Notes under the pieces: generated by a model
The model's input: the letters and a program-made list of their open reading frames with translations, nothing else
What the model was told of the DNA's origin: nothing
Database searches by the model: none
DNA from: Eledone cirrhosa
Taxonomy: Eukaryota
Assembly (NCBI GenBank): GCA_964016885.1
Contig: OZ024749.1
Span: 13,020,001 to 13,084,000 of the forward strand
Reading direction: 5' to 3'
DNA: 64,000 nucleotides
In this document: positions 57,824 through 64,000 of the stretch, one piece after another
How positions within the stretch are numbered: position 1 is the first letter of the stretch
Layout of the letters: the number at the start of each line of letters is the position of its first letter
Position numbers and translations under genes: made by a program

Positions 57824-57994
57824 GACTCCTACAGGATTAGAACTGTTTCAAAGCGCTGGGGCTTTCCTTGTGATTTCTTTCGAATGAAACAGTTCTAGTT
57901 CTGTAGAAGCCATTTGTATATTAAATTTGATATTTGCACTCTACTAAATTATTGAGTACCTTACTTAGTGTGGTTACCCCGATAGATCCCAGGA

Positions 57995-58054
<60 letters not shown>

Positions 58055-58583
58055 CTTAATAGGCATTTGAACTGTTAACCTGTCAGCAGGCTGTGGTTCG
58101 CACACACATCCCTGCTGACCATTATCACAACAACGAACCTCTTTACTACTACTACACACACACACATATTTGTCTTAAAAGACTTATTTTTCAGTGACAT
58201 CTCAATCAGCCGAGACAAACCTACATTTGGCGCAAAATCAATTTTTGACATTCACATGACCTCTACCGACCAATCAAAATTGTTTTGACCACAAGAATTT
58301 TTTCATACATCTGGAGCCACTTTTTTTACATAAAACAGGTAGAATTTCCAAAACTAATCAGATTAGAGCAAACATCACGGGCGCTCTATCTCAAAATTAT
58401 TTTTGAAAAGCATTAGAAATGCGCAACCGGTAAAACTTAAAACCAAAACTGAATACTAACCAATACTATTACTAATTTTTACTTATTCCTAATTAAACTA
58501 TTTTTCACTGGGAACAATTTGTCAGCATTTTCTTTTCCTTTTACCAATATATCATAACTCGTGTGTTACACCTCTATTCTTTT

Positions 58584-58682
<99 letters not shown>

Positions 58683-58736
58683 TAGAGAGAGTTTTATAAC
58701 GTGTTTTATATAGAAACGGCTTCTAAAGGACTAGAA

Positions 58737-58797
<61 letters not shown>

Positions 58798-58851
58798 GTG
58801 AGTTTTTTTTACAAAATGAAAAATAACCGAAGTGTCCTACACGAGTGAAAG

Positions 58852-59253
<402 letters not shown>

Positions 59254-59369
59254 TTATATATATATATATGTATGTATAGTATATTTGTCAATATACCGTA
59301 TGTTTAATTAAATACATTTAGAAGACCATACGCTATCGGTTTTAAAGTAATGACTATGTCACATACTTC

Positions 59370-59458
59370 TTTTCGGCGAAAGAAGGGAGAGAATCTAACA
59401 GTCTGTTTCACGCTGGTTGGCGATCATCAGAGCCACGCATTCCCTCTTTCGCCGAAAA
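59370..59458 (-). ncRNA. Type-I hammerhead-like motif with long distal stem I
   Basis: TTTTCGGCGAAAGAGGGA..GGCT-CTGATGA-TCGC caacca GCGT-GAA-ACA gac TGT-T-AGAT..TCCCTTCTTTCGCCGAAAA. Confidence 0.65.
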
Positions 59459-59578
59459 TTATAGAAGCTGGATTCTTATAGAATTCCAGTAATAATCAGG
59501 AGCTGATTACACAGAGCGATTGCCGGTCAGAGCACCAATCCTAATGCCATATATATATATACCGAAACAAACAATATT

Positions 59579-59641
<63 letters not shown>

Positions 59642-59820
59642 TTATATATATTTATATATATATATATACGTGTGTGTATACATATGAAAAGAATGAAGGG
59701 TTCATTCTACTGCCATGGCTATAAAATCGAGGCTTGTTTGCAAAATTGCAAACGAATCGAATGTTATTATTAATATTCGAAAAACTCAGATCACATTTGT
59801 GTATATATATATATACACAC

Positions 59821-59903
<83 letters not shown>

Positions 59904-59939
59904 ATATATATATATATATTAATAAGTAGGAGTTGAAAT

Positions 59940-60153
59940 TAATGCATGCAACATTTCTTAGTTCTAGCATAGCTCCTTCATAGGCTGACCAAGATACACT
60001 CATGGAATGACCAACTGAGGTTTATTTTTCGACACACTTCATGGGACAAAACCAGTTATTAATAAGAAGAGTTGAAAATAATGCATGCAATATTTCACAG
60101 CTCTAGCATCACTCCATCATAGTCAGCCTATGAATTTTTCAGTCGATCCTCGT
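59940..60153. mobile_element. Tc1/mariner-like MITE remnant
   Basis: TTCATAGGCTGAC (59976) inverted to GTCAGCCTATGAA (60122); minus-strand end ACGAGGATCGACTGAAAAATT resembles mariner TIRs. Confidence 0.6.
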
Positions 60154-60307
60154 CTATAATATGTAAGATTCCGATGTCAAAAAGGACTCAATACTTTAGT
60201 AGAGTAAAGGTATATTTATTTTATTATAGAAATTACTTCTGTCCCCCCCCCCCAACCAACCTCATTCCAAAGAAACTATAAATACTGAAACTGACAAAAA
60301 TTATCTG

Positions 60308-60357
60308 ACTTCGCTGATGATTTCTAAGGAATGAAACAGTTCTAGTTCTGTAGAAGT
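60308..60357 (+). ncRNA. Type-I hammerhead-like motif (decayed paralogue 57860-57911; fragments 57825-57850, 58715-58740)
   Basis: ACTTC g CTGATGA-TTTC taag GAAT-GAA-ACAG ttctagtt CTGT-A-GAAGT. Confidence 0.65.
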
Positions 60358-60374
60358 AATAAAATGAATATATA

Positions 60375-61830
60375 TATTGTTTCTGTTGTTGCTGCTGTTA
60401 CTATTGCTGTTATTGTTGTTGCTGCTGCTGTTGTTGTTGTTGTTGTTGCTGCTGCTGCTGTTGTTGTTGCTGCTGCTACTATTGCTGTTGTTGTTGCTGC
60501 TGTTACTATTGTTGTTGTTGCCGCTGTTGTTGTTGTTTTCATTCTCGTTGTTGTTGTTGCTGTTTTACCGCTCCCCTAAGTCATATTTGTTGTGCATCGT
60601 TTTTCCGTTTTGTTATGCTTCACTGAACACACAATATATATATACATACACTATATATATACATACACTATATATATACATACACTATATATATACATAC
60701 ACTATATATATACATACACTATATATATACATACACAATATATATACTTACACTATATATATACATACACTATATATATACATGCAATATATATACACAT
60801 ACACAATATATATACATACACTATATATATACATACACTATATATATACATACACTATATATATACATACACAATATATACATACACAATATATATACAC
60901 ATACACAATATATATACATACACTATATATATACATACACAATATATATATAGACAATATATACATACACTATATATATACATACACAATATATATACAT
61001 ACACAATATATACATACACAATATATATACATACACAATATATATATAGACAATATATACATACACTATATATATACATACACAATATATACATACACTA
61101 TATATACATACACAATATATATACATACACAATATATACACATACACAATATATATACATACACAATATATACATACACTATATATATATATACACAATA
61201 TATACATACACTATATATATACATAGACAATATATATATATACATACACAATATATATACATATCACATATACACCCTTTTCCTCCTCTCTCTTTCTCTC
61301 ACCCTCTCTACACCCTTCTCATTCTCACACTCCCTACCTCTCATCCTTCCACTCCCCACCCTCTCTCCCTGCCTCCTTCACCCTCAGACACCCTAACACC
61401 CTCCCACCATCACCACCACCACCACTATCACCACCTCCATCACCACCACCACCACCATCACCGCCACTACCACCACCACCATCACCACCATCACCAACAA
61501 CAACGCTACTACCACCACTACCACCACCATCACCACCACCACCACCGCCACTACCACCACCACCATCACCACCATCACCAACAACAACGCTACTACCACC
61601 ACCATCACCACCACCACCACCGCCACTACCACCACCACCATCACCACCATCACCAACAACAACGCTACTACCACCACCACCATCACCACCAACACCACCA
61701 CCACCATCACCACCACCACCACCGCCACTACCACCACCACCATCACCAACAACAACGCTACTACCACCACCACTACCACCACCAACACCACCACCACCAC
61801 CACCACCATCACCACCACCAACACTACTAC
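60375..61830. repeat. Simple repeats: (GTT/GCT)n, (TATATACATACAC)n, (CAC)n
   Basis: Directly visible. Confidence 0.9.
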
Positions 61831-61977
61831 TTTTCATGACAACCTTTCATGTGGCCAACGGTTTTATTCTTGTGATGAAATCAGAGGAATAGCGGCTTCG
61901 TACCCAGCTTCTAAGTAAGAGTCGGGCAAGGATTTGGGACTCATTGGTGTCACCTTTTTCCCCTATAAGAATCATGG

Positions 61978-63467
61978 GCATACAGATTCATATAGATTAG
62001 CATTGGTGCTATTTCTCATGGTCCCCGACATACAAAATCATACAGTAAGCATTGGTGCTATTGTCATTGGTGCCCGACATACAGCATCATATAGAATAGC
62101 ATTGGTGCTATTGTCATTGGTCCCCGGCATACAGCATCATATAGAATAGCATTGGTGCTATTGTCATTGGTCCCGGCATACAACATCATATAGATTAGCA
62201 TTGGTGCTATTGTTATTGGTCCCCGACATACAGCATCATATAGAATAGCATTGGTGCTATTGTCATTGGTCCCCGACATACAGCATCATATAGAATAGCA
62301 TTGGTGCTATTGTTATTGGTCCCCGACATACAGCATCATATAGAATAGCATTGGTGCTATTGTCATTGGTCCCCGACATACAGCATCATATAGAATAGCA
62401 TTGGTGCTATTGTTATTGGTCCCCGGCATACAGCATCATATAGAATAGCATTGGTGCTATTGTTATTGCTCCCCGACATACAACATCATATAGAATAGCA
62501 TTGGTGCTATTGTCATTGGTCCCCGACATACAGCATCATATAGAATAGCATTGGTGCTATTGTTATTGGTGCCCGACATACAACATCATATAGAATAGCA
62601 TTGGTGCTATTTTCATTGGTCCCCGACATACAACATCATATAGAATAGCATTGGTGCTATTTTCATTGGTCCCCGACATACAACATCATATAGAATAGCA
62701 TTGGTGCTATTGTTATTGCTCCCCGACATACAGCATCATATAGAATAGCATTGGTGCTATTGTTATTGCTCCCCGACATACAACATCATATAGAATAGCA
62801 TTGGTGCTATTGTCATTGGTCCCCGACATACAGCATCATATAGAATAGCATTGGTGCTATTGTCATTGGTCCCCGACATACAACATCATATAGAATATCA
62901 TTGGTGCTATTGTCATTGGTCCCCGACATACAGCATCATATAGAATAGGATTGGAGCTATTGTCATTGGTCCCCGACATACAACATCATATAGAATATCA
63001 TTGGTGCTATTGTCATTGGTCCCCGACATACAGCATCATATAGAATAGGATTGGAGCTATTGTCATTGGTCCCCGACATACAACATCATATAGATTAGCA
63101 TTGGTGCTATTGTCATTGGTCCCCGACATACAACATCATATAGAATAGCATTGGTGCTATTGTCATTGGTCCCCGATATACAACATCATATAGAATAGCA
63201 TTGGAGCTATTTTCGTTGGTCCCCGACATACAACATCATATAGAATATCATTGGTGCTATTGTCATTGGTCCCCGACATACAGCATCATATAGAATAGGA
63301 TTGGAGCTATTGTCATTGGTCCCCGACATACAACATCATATAGAATAGCATTGGTGCTATTGTCATTGGTCCCCGATATACAACATCATATAGAATAGCA
63401 TTGGAGCTATTTTCGTTGGTCCCCGACATACAACATCATATAGAATAGCATTGGAGCTATTGTCATC
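61978..63467 (+). repeat. 50-bp satellite, ~30 copies (GGTCCCCGACATACAGCATCATATAGAATAGCATTGGTGCTATTGTCATT)
   Basis: CCCCGACATA every 50 bp (62221, 62271, ...); internal hairpin AATAGCA-ttgg-TGCTATT. Confidence 0.97.
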
Positions 63468-64000
63468 ATTACCACCATCACCATCACCACCACCACCGAC
63501 ACTACCACCAACACTACTACCACCACCACTACCACCATCACCACCAACAACACTAGTACCACAACCAACACCACCACCAACACTATTACCACCACTACTG
63601 CTATCACCACCAACGCTATCACCACCAACACTACCACCAACACTACTACCACCACCACCACTACCACCACCACCAACAACACTATCACCACCTCCACCAC
63701 CAACACTATCACCACCACCACCACCACTACCATCAACACTACTACCACTACCTCCACCACCCCCACCAACACTATCACCACCACCAACACTATCACCACC
63801 ACCACCACCACTACCATCGACACCACCACCACAACCATCAACACCACCACCACCACCACCACCACCACCACTACCATCAACACCACCACCATCAACACCA
63901 CCACCACCACAACCATCAACACCACCACCACCACCACCACCACCACCATCACCACCATCACCACCACCACCATCAACACCACCACCACTACCATCAACAC
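63468..64000. repeat. (CAC/CAA/CTA)n low complexity
   Basis: Directly visible. Confidence 0.95.

Noticed and set aside
61978-63467. CRISPR-like array (palindromic repeat)
   Set aside because: No unique spacers, no cas genes, eukaryotic context

Overview
Repeat-dominated, gene-free eukaryotic window, most likely a cephalopod (Octopus-like), judging by the huge (TA)n/(TACA)n tracts and the abundant tRNA-SINE with the core GAGGTCAACTTTGCCTTTCATCC..GGGGTCGATAAAATAAAGTACCAG. No host exon is supported, and almost all listed ORFs are microsatellite artefacts. The real coding sequence is transposon-derived: a CR1/L2-group LINE ORF2 (APE + RT, one internal deletion, 32745-35845), a 5'-truncated Penelope-like element of probable Naiad type (GIY-YIG, with inverted pseudo-LTR, 23830-25965) and small RTE remnants. 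The most striking signal is RNA structure. Short islands between the TA tracts carry about a dozen intact or degenerate type-I hammerhead ribozymes (HHRs), often in inverted repeats. A non-coding, partial-tandem element family (509 and 644 bp units; 5 motif copies) carries all three HHR core elements in an order (UH - GAAA - CUGAUGA) that is not a circular permutation of types I/II/III. Its helices show compensatory changes between copies, and one element boundary falls at the predicted cleavage site. All structures were folded by eye and none is experimentally tested.
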